Source: Phoronis australis
Lineage: Eukaryota > Animalia > Phoronida
Assembly: GCA_002633005.1 (NCBI GenBank)
Contig: NMRA01000077.1
Span: forward strand, 744,001 to 808,000
DNA: 64,000 nt
Direction: 5' to 3'
Below are positions 12,696 to 27,347 of this stretch, piece by piece. Positions within the stretch are counted from its first letter, which is position 1, and every line of letters begins with the position of its first letter. The notes below the pieces were generated by a model that ran no database searches, had not been told where the DNA came from, and saw only the letters and a list, made by a program, of their open reading frames with translations. Both the position numbers and the translations under genes were made by a program.

Positions 12696-14035
12696 CAAAC
12701 AGGAACAAAAGACAACTGAGAAGATCAGAGGTGAGAATAGGACATTCTGGCTGCCAGGGATAATACAGAAAGGAATGTGTCCATGTTTATCTAGAGGTAC
12801 AAGTAAAGGACTGACTATGACTGTATAATACAATGTTGTTGTAATTAGCCTCTAAATAAATGTGTCCAGTCAAAATAAACACGTTTCCATTAAAATCAAC
12901 AAGAGGACTGGACACATACAGTTTATGCCCTTTGTGGTCAAACAAGGTTATCATTGAGAAATGAATGTTAATTTATGCCACAAAAACCCAGCGCGGAGAC
13001 CTTCTGACAACTCTGGCTCAGCCAAAATTAAGACAACCCTTCTGATCAGAAATAGTTTGTTTAGGTTCTCATTCCAAAAACAAGACTATTCCATTATCAT
13101 CAATCAGTTTTCACCAGAGTCACAAGCAATGATCATTTCCTTAGGTGAATAATTTTAATAGTTTATAACACATAACACATGCCAGTCCTATTATAGGATG
13201 TGCTAGTTTAAGATAAAAATGCTGGATAGACACAGAGGGACAATCCCTTGTATAGTGTACCTTTGTACTGGACCTACATTCTTACACAATTATACATCTA
13301 AAAGCTGACAACAAAACACTGAATCTTCCTTGGCATTACATGCTGAAAATAAACTACAATCAATTCATGCAAAGCAGCCTCTAGTTCCCCACAAACCAAA
13401 CCATGCAAAAATAATTATACTGCAAATTGACAAAACGCTGGCCAAAAATGCCTTTAAGTATCAAACTTCTTGCCACAAGTACATGCCATTCTCTGAAGTA
13501 CAAAAATTTTGATTGACAAAAACTTGCCTGCTGAAACACTGGCATGACACAGGGGTCATTCAGTAACACCAGTGGTCAGAAATCAACCTACTCGGGAGTA
13601 GCCAGCTTTCACACCATTTTCTCCCCAAATTCAACAGTCCAGCACTGTCATCCACTCACTACACTGGCACCTATTTTGCTAGTGTATTTTTAGTAAGGTA
13701 GCAAGCTTACTTGCAAAAGCCGTCTTTCACAAGACTAAGTGTGACCTTGCACGATCTTGACTCATTTGGAAGAATGCAACCCCCCCCCCATTCAGCCCCC
13801 AATAAGAAACTACAATTGCTGGGGGGGGCGAATTTCTAACACTGTTGATCTTTTAATGGACAAAGGAGGCACCAGGTGCGGAATGGATAGCGAGAAGTTA
13901 TACATTGACAGCAGAAGAAACACTTCCATTTCCAATCAACAGGTGGTGCGAATAGTGGAGTGGAGAGTTCTGCGATATCTGCTACATATATACATCAGAC
14001 TATGCTATTCATAAAAGATCACCAACACCAGTTAC

Positions 14036-14205
14036 CTGTGTTGATTTTTCAGCCACTAACTGGCCATTGTCATTTGTGTAAGCTGCTGTGTAGAGGGCGT
14101 CTTTTGGCCACTGTCCGGTGAGGTAGGGTCCGGCGATGGTGTCTAGGGAACCAGTTCGGCGAATTGGATTGGAAGGACTCGGCCTCACAGGCTTGGGCTT
14201 TTCGA
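14036..14205 (-). CDS. GLCCI1: GLCCI1/FAM117-family protein, coding exon 2
   Basis: Acceptor ttgttttcag|, donor CAG|gtaac, 170 nt. Encodes [35 protein letters not shown]...AEKSTQ, matching the GLCCI1 hallmark [22 protein letters not shown]. Confidence 0.93.
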
Positions 14206-17200
14206 CTGAAAACAACAAACACAAACATGACCTTCTAGCAAATTAAACATGTCAATCCTGGGATGGTTGCCTACTTTGTAATGCCATATTCTTGTCATGA
14301 GGACTAACTTTAGTCTCTGGAGACATGTCAGTTAACATACTTGTCATTATTGAAAACCACCAGCATGGCAAAAAACATAAACCTCCTTTCGGGAGAAATC
14401 CACAGGTGCTTTTCAACACCAGCAAAATTTGAGAATGCCAGACAAGTTGGGGTTAAATCTATACATCACAAAATGAATAAATAAACAACTGTTTGTGGGT
14501 GAGGTTGGAGTGTAGAATTGAATTCAGTTTCTGCCGCAAGGTCTACGAAATCTAACTGGTAGTGACTACACTCCATTCAGTGTCACGACCTGATTCAGTT
14601 AAAAGTGAATGAAAATTAGGCGTCATCACACTGCTCATTCATGACAGCCCTGTCATGAGATACCTTAGTCTCTTCAAATAAATTTCAAAGTTCAAAGTTT
14701 TACAGCAAACTACTCTAGTAATTATTTACATATATATGAGAGTATAACTCGACAGTAGTGCCTCGCTGGTGCAGAGTTCCTTAAAAATGATACGAAATTC
14801 ATTGTTGGATAACTTCTTTCTGCATTTTTCGTATTGTTTGCAGTAGCTTCCTGAGCGACATCGTTTAAAGAACAAACGATAGAAATTTTTTTAAATAATC
14901 TTATTAGACCGCAGTACTTCGAATCTATACCACATTAATCGAAGGCAAGAAATAAAGACCTCATAGTAATGGTCATGACATAACAAACCATTCACAATAA
15001 CATCTATAGGGCAATAGGGTATATCTATAGTTTCACTGTAGTCCTTCTTGAATGCAAATTTTCCGAAACTAAAACTGTGCCTGATCATATGCAAATCTTA
15101 TAGAAAATGATTCTACTGTGGTTTTGGAGAGAGGTGAACCATCAGGCAAGCTCAACTAATGGAGGGGGTGGTCCAACAAGTAGTGCCCCACATAGACACT
15201 AGTCCAGTGTCAGTTCAGTTTTTCCAGGTCTATAATCTCTGAAGTAAACACCAGCAATTACTGCACAAAAAATTACCGTTGCCATGGCGGAAGTAATTAT
15301 CTGCTCACACTCGGAGTGACGATAAAAAAACGAGTGTGTGATCAAATATTGAAACATCTTTGATATAGAAACTAGAGCTCTTCATTATGGAACCCTCTCT
15401 GTCACTCATGTACATGATTAATTACCAATTGTTACAATGTGGTTGTGTTTTTTATAATTACACATACTGCCTTATCACATCAGATTTGTTTCAGAACTTA
15501 AAAGTCACTCTTGTTGTAAAACCGTAGATGCTCTTTCCAAGATTCTATGATTCAATTCAATTCAATTTACGATCAAGAGCTATACTATCAACAAGTGTTC
15601 ACTGTCAGCCATCTCACGCAAGACATTCTAGTGTATTTAGCCCAGTGCTATCATGATAACGACGTTTAGAATGTAAAACACCTCACCTCAAGCATGTTTT
15701 GCCATCCCCTCGAACACCTCGGGGATTTTTGGAGCCACAAATATTCCCTTTGACTTCATTCCATCATATGGCAAGTCATGTAACCTTTGATCAGGGGAAT
15801 GATTGGTCGACTAAAGTTCGCAGATGCACGGATAACGTTAATCCAGGGAAAATTCAAAGTCACTAACCAATCCAAGGTATTCCGGAAAGACATATGTCTC
15901 TCCGTGACAAAATCCAAAGTGTTTTCAATATAATCAACGGAGAATGATAACCTCACCAAAAACTAGAGTCTGAGTGGCCAGTAGGGAGAGCTGGAGTAGT
16001 CTACAGCCTAAAACTTTACCATTGGCGAGAAAATATTTTAAGACAAGAGTAAACAAACCTATCCATCAAGATTGAAATGACCAACTATGACCACAGATGA
16101 TCAGTATTAAATGACCAACTATGACCACAGATGATCAGTCTTATTGCATTTAAATTGAAAATTCAAAGACTAATATTTGCATGCAAGCCCTTAACCATTA
16201 GCTTTTAACCAACAGCGCTAAAATACAGACCTATATTAAATAAAACAATTGACGTTGTCATGGAATTCAACTTTTGGTAAAAAAATCCATTTCATGCAAT
16301 GCTTGCAATAAAACGCCAATATGTTAAATACATAATCAAAACAAAACTAAATGATTGTCGATAAGCACGCAAAATCAACAACCCCGCGCCCATACTAGTA
16401 AGTGAGTTGAATCTCCCATACGGTTGCATATTACCACATTCACAAAGAAGGATGTTAGAGAATGGCTAGTTTGTGAATAGTCTCGTATCTAAAGTTATGG
16501 ACAGCCTACATACATGCATAATTAAACCAGGAAAGTTGTGACCGCGACCCCAATGGCGTGAAAACGAGGCCACAAAAGTGCGTGATGGATATTGCGGCAC
16601 TGTGGGTAAATACAGCCAGACTCAGTGTTGCTGTGTATTCCAGGAGAGCCTCATTACCAAATGTCTGTTCTAACCAAGCCAAGACATTAGTTCTACCCTG
16701 AGAAAGGTACAATTTCATGTGAATCAATAGTTATTTTGACAAAAGTTCAAAAGCCAGGTTTCTAATAGCTCAAAATGAGGCATTTCAAAAATGAATATGC
16801 AATAGTACTTTGGCAGGGTCATACAAAACAACCCTTCAGGACAAAAAGAAAATATTATTCATGTGTTAGGGTTTACATGACCTCATTCATGAATAGGCAG
16901 CTAATTATAGCACAATACAGAAGATTGTTTTTAGGAACATTGACCTAGATTGCTAATCAGGGGATGTATTGAAGTGTATGGAGACAAAATCATGGGATAG
17001 AGAAATAAAAAATAATTTCCGGACTCCAGACCATGACTTAGTTATAACTTTGTCCACTCTATGTGACAATGAAGGATTTAAACACTAACGGCCATATTGA
17101 TTTCTGTTACTGTGAAATGTTTTATTCACTGCCACCATTTTGAAAGAAGTAAAATTTGCATCAGTTTTATAATGCAGAATTATTTCTACTACGCCAATTA

Positions 17201-19704
17201 CATGACCATACCCACACGATGCAAAAATGATTAACAATGATTTTTTCCTCACAGAATTTGTTAAATAAATGACATTGCTGCCTTATGCTTCAATGTACAC
17301 TCGTTCAAATTCCCAGTATATCTGTTCCCCCCAAAAGAGAAAGAATAGAGTTGATCATCACCAAGAGACATTACACAGATACGTGAAAGAAGGGTTTTAG
17401 TACATTTTGAGACTAGTCAAGGCTCCTCTTCCTGTAAAAATAAAATTAGACAGAATCTCATAAAAACTTTATTGACATCTTCGTTCCCATATGGCCAACA
17501 CACAGGATCACGATTTGTTTCAAGTGAAAATCCTTTCCAACTGTCAAGTCGAGTTACTCCAACAAGACAACGCTTTTAACGCAGTTGCATAACTTTAGAA
17601 TACCAATTGCTCAGGTGGAAAAGTTAGTGACATTTGGTCAAATAAAAAATAGTTAGTTCTGGTCTTAACCCACACTCATTTTGAGACCTGCACTCAATGA
17701 CTAAAAAAACAACCATACAATCAATTCCACTCAAGGTTTCTTTTTTTTCGAAAACCTGATGAAAGGCACGCAAACAAGAGGTTCTGAACCACAAGTATAT
17801 GAAAACAACGCATATGTTGTCAGTTTTGTGAACTAATTGTGACCAGCAAGGATCGCCACCAGGCGAGTGAGTAATTGTAGAAATGGAGCGCTCTCACCGC
17901 TGCTCGCACCATAAGTTTTTGAAGTTGAACTTTATTCCCTGTCACCAAACAGTGTCCTTAAAACTGAACCAAAGAAATGATCATGTTGGGTGTTAAATGA
18001 CAATATTTGGGTGGATTGGTCATCTTATAACACTGCAAGTTATCTAGGCTACTGAACAACATATATCCTGGAGATGGTTGAAGTAAGGGAACTCTAAAAT
18101 TCACATTCAACAAAATCTGTCTAGGCAGGTTTCACAAAAATAAACAGGTTAAGTGCCCATGAAACCTCCCATTCGCATTACATGGGATCTGTAGGTGGCG
18201 CTGAACACCTGTCCGTGAAGACCTGGCAGCCGTCTGGCCGATAGTGAATTTCACATACATGGCATGGCTATTCCTATACAAAAAATCAAATATATTAACG
18301 TTTCTACAAGCAATATTGTATGTATTAAAATGTTCAAAAGATGCCACTGTTAGAATGTGATCCAGAAACACTATCAAAGAAATTACGGTTAACCATTACA
18401 TGATAAATCCAGCAAAAGAAAAATAAATAATCATATTGCATGAAATAACAGAGTTCTTTCCACATGGCCAATAACAGTTCAGAGCCAATATTGGAGCATG
18501 ATGGAGATGAAAGTGAAATACAGCCTCCACACTGCCACACTAGGTAGGCCTACTACATATTGATCTTACCAGCTCAAAACCTGCTAACTTGGCTGTTTTT
18601 TTAGAAGCGGAAATAATTTATGGAGAAAAAAACCCTTAACACATGACTGCACATTGCATGTGAAATTTTGTTAGACCACGGCATATAACCTCAGGCTGTC
18701 TGTGATCACATGCTTGCAAGGCCATGAATTTACCCTATAATAAACTGGTCCCTATCTACGGTGAAAACTTATGGTGATGGGGTGATAATAAGACAGGTAG
18801 TTAACAAACACACACAACCACAGAAAGGACTATAAAAAATAAAAGGAGGTTACCTAATGCTACATTGATTTTCATAGTTTAATCACAAGTTGACCGCACA
18901 ACTTTATTTTTAACCAAGAAAACAAGGTGTTGGCTTTAACCAAGTGCATTGTTACTTTAGCCAACAAGCTCAAACATGTACACAAGGCTAGCATTCATTT
19001 ACTCAGGTATTGATGGTGTTTGATAAACACTGCTGAAAACAGCTCCTTTCAACAGCTCAAGATAACCTAACCTGGCAATTTGTGTGTGTACATGTCAATG
19101 ACTACAAGGAGATTTGCATCAAAACGTTGCTAGAGTACTGAACAGTCATGCATCCATAGAGCATTGCACCCCACCATTCCAAAAACACGGGCCCTGTCAA
19201 TCCATGAATAAAACATGGCACTCTCACCGTGCTTCAGTTATTTCCCACAAAAAAATTATTACCAAATTCTTAATTTTTCTGTTTCCAAAGATGATTACCT
19301 TTTGAATGACATTTGCACAGAACAAACCAAGCAACTATTACAATTTTCTTAGTGTTTGTTTCCATTAAGAAATTTTAAAAATATAATTAAAGTTGTCTGC
19401 CATGTTGTTTGCTAAATAGCTTTAGCATTAATGTACAAAACAAAGCCTAAATCTCCAAGGACACAGCCTGTTTGACACAGATAGCAAAATATTCAGAGAC
19501 TGCTTCAGTATTCAGTACCAGCAAAAATAGGAGGGACACAGTGCAAGACTCTGAAATCCCCAACTTGACTGTTTCAGTTCAATCAATGGTGTTTTCATTG
19601 CAAGTTTAAAAGCAGCTCATCCTCATACCAGAACTCCACTTTGGAAGCGACAATCGGCCATTTCCATAAACGCCCATGTTCAGCTTAATCAGGATATACC
19701 TAGG

Positions 19705-22062
19705 CGTCAAAACCCTGCTCGCCAGCTGGGCAACTGAGCCAGAAAATTAAGTCGCCCAGCGCAAAGTTAAGTCGCCAGTTTCACATCGGTACATAACAGA
19801 CAAATTGGCTGTCTCAAATTGAAGAATCACCAGAAAGACGGCAAAATTAACCAGGTCCGAAATTCTGGAATTAACATGGTACAATACAAGCTACACATAT
19901 TTCAATGAGCGTTTCATTATTTATCACAAGACAGCAAACGTGAAAACGACAACCCTATCAGTCGCCAAACAACGGCCACGACTTGTCTTTCAGCAGCGTT
20001 GTTTTGAGTCGTCAAGAAATTCTCGAGCTTTTGTTTTTGGGCTGAGTACGCGCATATGCGCGAGTCATCTGTCACTCACATGTTGCTGGCAGTGTCACAT
20101 GTACTCTAGCGACTCAAGTGTGGGAACTAACACATGCACACCACTGCAAAGCCGCACATCAAATGAGAACGGTGACAGTCCTAAATAAAACAATACGGGT
20201 TTGGCTCGGTTAAGCGTGCCAGTGTTTATTAGACAATAAACTTAGATCCCTGGTACTATATGATGTTCCCTGACTGTTTCGGAGTTCGTTCGACTTGATG
20301 TTCTCGAGGTCCGATGATCAATGACCATCGCTAGCTATGATGGGTACGAAATTGTGGTTAGCGAACATTTATGCTTCTCTTTGTACACCCACCACTGCCA
20401 ATTTTCCATTTCCCGGGTCCTCCATGTAGCAGACTATTCAGACAAAATTGGGGACATAATTATTCCGACTGACGTGGACCAATTGGAAACAATTATTCCA
20501 GGCGGCTAAAAATTAGGTGGTAAGGATATCAGCCAACACAGTCATGCAGATAAGCGGAGTTCACTGCACATAATCGTATTAAAATAATATTTCTTACCAG
20601 GGATATACTTAGCCACTCTCCCAGTCGCCAATGAGAGTGAAAATGGTGCTTGACGAGTACAAGTTCACTAGCTGGTCGGTCAGGTGGCAAGCGAATTTTC
20701 AGAGCGTGTTTTCCAGATGGAAATGACTAAATTTTCTCTTCCCTGTGTTGTTTTTATCCTGAATTTAATGTTAAGTTTGGTCTGCGTCTCGGTGCTCCCG
20801 CAGTAAAAACTTCGACGCAGTGCACTCTAACCGAGTCAGTAGATGTTAAACGTTGTGAGATTCGTCTAAACAAAAGGCAACAGTAAGTTGGAAGAGCGGT
20901 CATGCACAAAGCAATTTGTTGCTCGAAACAAAGAAAAGGGGAGGAAAGGCAATGACAGGTCGAGGCGCTCACAGCGAGTGAAATGCTGACATCTTATTGT
21001 ACAATGTAATTTTAGCCAAGATTATTAAATAAATAATAAATTGAAAACATACAAATTGCAATGCTTGTCCTTGGTGTCGTTATTAGCGAACTAAAATAAC
21101 GCAATTTTTAGCTACTTGGTGCGGCCATAAGATTTCCAGGCGTAAAGGCTTCTTCCATATCTTGGTAGATGGCAAGAAAATGAGTATTATTCCCACTGTT
21201 CTAGTCCACACCCAAGGCAGAATCAAGATATGTGCATTGACTTATGAACGACTGGCGAACGTGATATCGCCTCGGGTATTCCAGTTTTGAAGCAGTCTTT
21301 TGTCAAAATACAGCTAGGTACCACTGTGCGTTGAGCTCCGACAGACCTCGAAATTGCACACAGCCCAAATAGTTCAACTCGTCACCTCGCAGTGAAACTA
21401 GTACCAACATGCAGAGCTAAAGACCAGCGGGGGTGCATGCAAAAACCTGGGAGTCAACCGACACTCACATTTCCCATTACAACCGTTAACATTAAAAACA
21501 ATCTAGTAAGCCTCATTTTCTGCCTTTTGGAACAAAGAAAAGTATGTCGTCGTTTTGAAAACAGTAGGCAACAAACTTGTGAAAGAATAACAGTTAAATG
21601 AAGAATCGGCGAAAAAAGAAACTGGCCAATAGATGACGCAATATTTCATGGCGCCGAAAACCGACGGAAAGGATCGTAGCACAATTTCAACAGCAGAATA
21701 ACGGTAGAATGCCAATTTTTCCAACAATGGTAAATAATTTAGTGTACTCAAGGAAGGGTTTATTTATCTGGTCAGTTTTTTTACCCACATTGGTGCAAAG
21801 CTGTATATTAATACACAGGTTTGTGCCAAGGATACATCTTGCATTGCTGGGGAATTCATAGACGCCGTAAGTTCTCTGGTAGGAATTCTGCATTTTGTTA
21901 AAACGATACTAGCCCAATAGATGGTGACATCAACGAAACAATCTTTTTTATTGACGTTGGCAGCAAGTTTGTGGTGACCAACGCAAAACGGCCAGGCAAC
22001 TGAACTTTGGGCTGGGCGAGTAGTTTCTGGCTCACTTGCCCAACTGGCGAGCAAGATTTTGA
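19705..22062. mobile_element. Inverted pair of transposon-end sequences enclosing other relics
   Basis: 19708-19777 (caaaaccctgctcgccagctgggcaactgagccagaaaa...tcgcccagcgcaaagtt) is the inverted match of 21995-22061. No TSD was recognised. Confidence 0.5.
21295..21840 (+). mobile_element. Partial copy of the 58470-59832 transposon family
   Basis: atacagctaggtaccactgtgcgttgagctccgacagacctcgaaattgc... and ggcgaaaaaagaaactggccaat...actcaaggaag are collinear with 58505-59220. Confidence 0.72.
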
Positions 22063-22084
22063 AACATTCGGGTTAAAAACAATG

Positions 22085-23111
22085 TCCACATAAGTGCCTA
22101 CCCTCTACTTATAAAAATTTTTGAAATGCCATGCAAAACTAGATTAAGTGCTCACCCTCAACTTCTGAGGAATTTCAATAAGCACCCACAGCTCAGGTTA
22201 GCGCCCACCTGCAATTTACTTCACCAAATTGATTTTCAAAAACTGTAAGGTGCACGCTTGCAAATGCAGAAACCGGATCAATTTCGATTCACAGTGTACA
22301 TAGTTATGTTTGCAGTCATCACCGGAGACATCATATTCAGTAAGCGTGTCCTAATACAAAAAAAAAACAGCCACGTCGTTTGAAATAGGCACTTATACAG
22401 TGGGTCACATACTTTCTACGCAACAACAAAATCATTTTTCAAAACAACCCTTCTTTTCTTCATGTTTAAATGCCAAACTCCGACTTTGTTTTGTACCTAC
22501 GAAGCAGTAGTAACACCATTTATGAGTCGTGACTGACCTAATTTTTCCATATAAGAGACGTCAGAGTGCTAAGCCAGCTATCTCGAATCACCTGATAATA
22601 GAAATCTGTGGGGAGTTGAAATATTTAGAGGCTTTTCATTTCATGCAAAACTAATCATTGGAATGTATGAGATACAGGGATTTTTCGTTGTGACCTTTGA
22701 ACTGAATTGTTACCGCGCATCAATACATCACTCGGCTAGGGCAACGTGTTGCAGATTTTTTTCAACAACATTGTTTTTCAATTACTGGAGTTCCAAAAGT
22801 TGTACTGCGAACAAAAGGAGGTAGTTTGTTGCACTTAGAGTGATTGACCTTTGACGATTTTGCTGACAATCACATGACAATTCAGTCCTAGAAAAGTCGC
22901 GGGTATTTTTCCAAAAAGGTATTTGCAGCGCTTGAGTAATTAAACAAATGCCGGCTGGGGGATGGGCGATTACTCAACAGGTGGGCGCTGAGGGGAAATT
23001 TGCACAAAGGGGATGGGCGATTACTCAAGCAGTGGGCGCTTAAAACCGAAAATTGACCAAGTCAGGGACGGGCAATTACACAGGCATGGGCGTTGACCCG
23101 CGAGTTTACAG
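22085..23111. mobile_element. Tc1/mariner-pogo-like MITE relic
   Basis: Right end ...gggcgttgacccgcgagtttacag|TA. Repeated subterminal TGGGCG(C/A)TTA motifs at 22960-23095 are mirrored by TAAG(C/T)GC(C/T)CAC-like motifs at 22090-22210. The left terminus is degenerate. Confidence 0.5.
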
Positions 23112-26100
23112 TATATACCAAATTTGAAAAGGTTTGGTCAAAGGATGGCCGAGCTAAAGCTCCGCAAACATAATTCGAAAAATGGCCATCACAGCGTCTG
23201 ATTTAGCCCAAGACCAAAAGTCCTCAGTAAACACTGTACGTAAATTTCACGTAAATCAGACGAAAAATGCTATCTGTAGCACAAATATGATAACTAAGTG
23301 CAGCTATAAAGAACGTCATCAAAAGAGCAGTCACCTGAGCAATAAATCTCGAATATCATGAGAATGGTAAACCATAGCAAGAAACGGGTTTCACAATACT
23401 GATAGCGCTTGAAAAGATCTACCCACATACCAAATTTCAGAGACCTCCATCAAGGGACGCCGAAGACACGGCACAAAAATTCAGTTATTTGGGGACCAGT
23501 TACTGGAAAATAGTTGAGAAGAGTAAGAGATGGAGAAAAATAACTGCCACATTAACAATAGCTCTTGATCGATCCACAGAAAGTAAAATCAGAAAAATCC
23601 AACAAGAAACAGCGGAGTTATGGATCCGTAAACAAAAGATAGAAATATGGCCGCCACAGCACCATCTTGTATCCAATTTCAACAAAAACCAATAGCATTC
23701 GAGCCACTCATGAAACACGTACTGTATGTAAATATTTCACGTAGATTCGATAAGAATTGCGATCTGTAATGTGCGAACACAGAAACAAACAAAAAAAATT
23801 TATGACAAAGCAACATACTTGGAGAAATATCATTTCATCAAGTAAAAATCACTTTTATACATTTATGTTTTGTTGAACCTGGCTTAGCACACACATCTTG
23901 ATTGTTGAATTTTTCAATTTAATCGCCATCAACATTAACCAGACCAGATTGCAACTTGCATGAGCCATAAGCACAAGCATTCTGCCATTATCAATATTCT
24001 GTGCAATTTGTATTACATAAAGTGTCAAACCCAGACCCTCAGGACTTAAATAAATACACAATATCATTGACCCAAAATAGTAGGCCAAGCAGTCTGATCC
24101 TCTGTCCAAAATCTGCCATTGTTCTCTATAACCAGGCAATACACAGAGACCAGCTGATCCAAGGCCTCACTTAGCAGGCAACTTGCCAAAATTTTAATGA
24201 TTTTACAAACATGGCTGGTGGGATTTATAGATGAGAATAGACTGACCCATGACACACACTCCACCTAGACAGCTTTACTGCCACACACCTAAATTGACCA
24301 AGGCAACTTACAGAAAATCCACATTTCATAACTTCAAGAGCATATTATGAACTTTCAAAAGTTGCAACATCAACTACAATTAAATTCAGGAAATACAAGA
24401 AAATGGCTCTCTGAGTTCCCCACCAACTACCTAGAAAGCTTACCATTCTGGTAACAAACAGTGCCCTTTTATAAGATACTTGGAAATCAGAGAGTGTACT
24501 CGAGTGAAGAACTGTGAGATGTCTCAAATGAAGAGTGGTACTTAGTTAAGCATGGCTGCATGCCTAAACCTTACAACAGTAAGTAGCAAGATTTTGAATG
24601 TTCATTAAGACATCACTTTGGTAAACGTATAATTACTTATGTGAACAATGAACAAAATCGCCAATTTTCACCAAGTCTTGGAAAATATAGTGAATGATTA
24701 ACTGTCATGGTAGATGTTCTAAGAATATTAGTAACCACTTTATATGTTCAAATAGAAAGTGAGAAGTTTAATATTGGCTGTCTTCAGTAAAACAGTAATG
24801 GATAATTTGAGAGGAAAAAGAATATGACTCAGATAGCGCATTCTTAAATGAAACCTACAACCCAGTGAAATGCAATAGAATCGAGAACTTGCAACTTTTA
24901 AGTTTCTTGTTGAATAGGTTTAAATTGGTTACATTTATCACCGACATACAAATCGATGTTCACAAAATGCAAGAAAATTCTCAAGGGTCAGAGAAATGAA
25001 TGAATTGCGAGTCTTTGAAATCTCGACTTGATGGATTAGACAAGCAGCAGTAAATACAATTTGTTTGATTATAATCACATCAATCCTGCAAGAATCATGA
25101 CACAACTCTGTTTGATCCACTGCAATGGGAAAGCCTCAAGTGGAGACAAAGATATTCCAGTAAAAACAGCAATAAAGTCATTAAATCTTTGGTTTGAAGC
25201 AGCAGGAGGTGCCATATCAGCAACGTTGTCCAATAACCTGGTGCCTGTCAGATACTATAGCTGAATCTTACTTCTGGCAGTCCTAACAGTCACCATTAGT
25301 TTTAATATCTCATGCTAGTCGTGTGACTTCCTGTTTTGGCAAAACAGACTGGGACATACAAGTTAGAGGCATGAAGTTTATGATCATCATTTTACGAAAT
25401 TTAAATGTAGACATCTTTGGACATCATTGTTTTGGTCCGTGTTTTGGAGTGAAACCCTTTGTTTTTGTTTTTATTACAAGTTCAAGTTTGCAATTCCAAT
25501 AACACAGTATAAAACCATGGACTGAATGGAGTTCATCGATTGCTTTAATGGCAGGATTCACCACCAATAAATGTATTCATTCTAGTTTGGATTTTGCGAC
25601 TTCAGCCTGACCTATTTAGCACGTCTTTCCTGTTGTTGAATCCCGGTTTGGAGAATAAGGTGGATAAAATCAAATTTTTCGTAATTTATACTTCAAAACA
25701 AATCATGATCTTCGCTCCGGGTTCAATACCCAAAGCCAAATGTCCAAGCACTTAAACAATAAGACGATGAAATGTTTCTATGAGTAAGATACAAAAACTT
25801 GCTTCAATAGCCACCTAGTTTGACAAACAGGTGTCAAGCAGTTTTGACGAAAGGAATTCTATAGTTAATTCACCCAACACAACTGCAAAAATAAAACAAT
25901 CATTTTTGAGTAATGACGACCTTCCAAAAATTTACAAAAAGTTGCTTCATGACAGGTGCGCCACATAAACCAAACTAAAGCTACCTTAAACCACACTAAA
26001 GCTACCTTAAAGTTTCTACAATGCTTGTTTTTGGAGGGAAATTAAACAAAGAATTACACGTCAGCAAAACTGAACTAAATGGGAGAAGAGCTGCACATTT

Positions 26101-27225
26101 GTAAAAACAGAAGAGAGCATTTTGACAAATATGACAAATGTCGATTTACTGTAAGACTATGACACAGTATGACGAGCAGAATGCGCAAAGAGTTACTGGC
26201 TGGACCATGCTACTAAGCCGGAACTTCAAAGGTTCAAAATTGGGGACTTGAATTAGATCATCTATCTAGACAAAGCTGATGTGAGGGTGTAGCCTGACAG
26301 AAACTAGTCAAAATAGGAGTGAGATCTCTGACTGGCGAGTGAAAGCCAATGAGATCACAAGCTCTACATATAAAACATATAGATCTGTATCTCCTACGGG
26401 GGGGGGGGGGGGNGGGCACCATCTTGACAACTTGACAAACTAACAAGAATCTGGCTGAATGCTCCCCTGACCTTTGCATTTCGAAGCTAAGCAAGGTAAC
26501 AGTCAATGAACCTTCAATGATTGAAATACATATGCCATAAACAAAGGGTAACAAGAACAACCCATAGGGGTGGCATAATCTTGACAAACTAGCAAGTATT
26601 GGCTTATTCACTACATTATCAAAACAGACCTGCATACGAAGGCACCTAATCAGTGATTCTACACGTGTAGAACACTAGGAGCACTAACGGCCTACCTTGC
26701 CACTCTAGCAATTCTGAATATTAGCATCGAATGAAAGCTTACAATCTCACATTAGCAGCTAATCAGCGATTCTACACTTGTACAACACTAGGGGGCGCTG
26801 CTTGCACGGAATGATGGGCTACTCTGACAGGCTACCATGCGATTTTAGCGATTCTGAAGGCCTTCAATCGCACGTTAACAGCTAAATAGCGATTCTTCAG
26901 CAATACAGTCAAACCATTAGACCGCTAGAGACGCAACTTGTATTCACACAAGGTGGCGCTCAACAGACTGACATTGTGGGCCGCTAATCTGTGATTGTAT
27001 CACCGCTATTGTTAATCATAGAATTGTATTCTATTCTACAATTGTAAGGTTGCTAATCTAGCAATTTAGCCAATCCTGCCCATTGATGTGAACATGGTAG
27101 CCTATTGTAGCCATGTATCTCTGGCATATTGTTCAAAGTGATGTTTTATAACAGTCCCACACTTTTAGTGTGCCAAGTCAACACGCCTGGGACATTTACC
27201 ATTCACGCACTGCCTGATTATTCAG

Positions 27226-27347
27226 TGATGGACCAACTGAGGAGATTCCTGTACAAAGCCAATCAAGAGCAAGCATGTCTTGTTGATGGACCAACTGAGG
27301 GGATTCCTGTACAAAGCCAACCAAGAGCAAGCATGTCTTGTTGATGG
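27226..27347 (+). repeat. 58-bp tandem duplication
   Basis: tgatggaccaactgagg(a/g)gattcctgtacaaagccaa(t/c)caagagcaagcatgtcttgt x2. Confidence 0.9.

Noticed and set aside
17395-17450. Possible extra GLCCI1 exon (acceptor ttttatttttacag|GAAGAGG)
   Set aside because: An in-phase stop follows after about 11 codons, there is no good donor, and exons 1 and 2 already join in phase.
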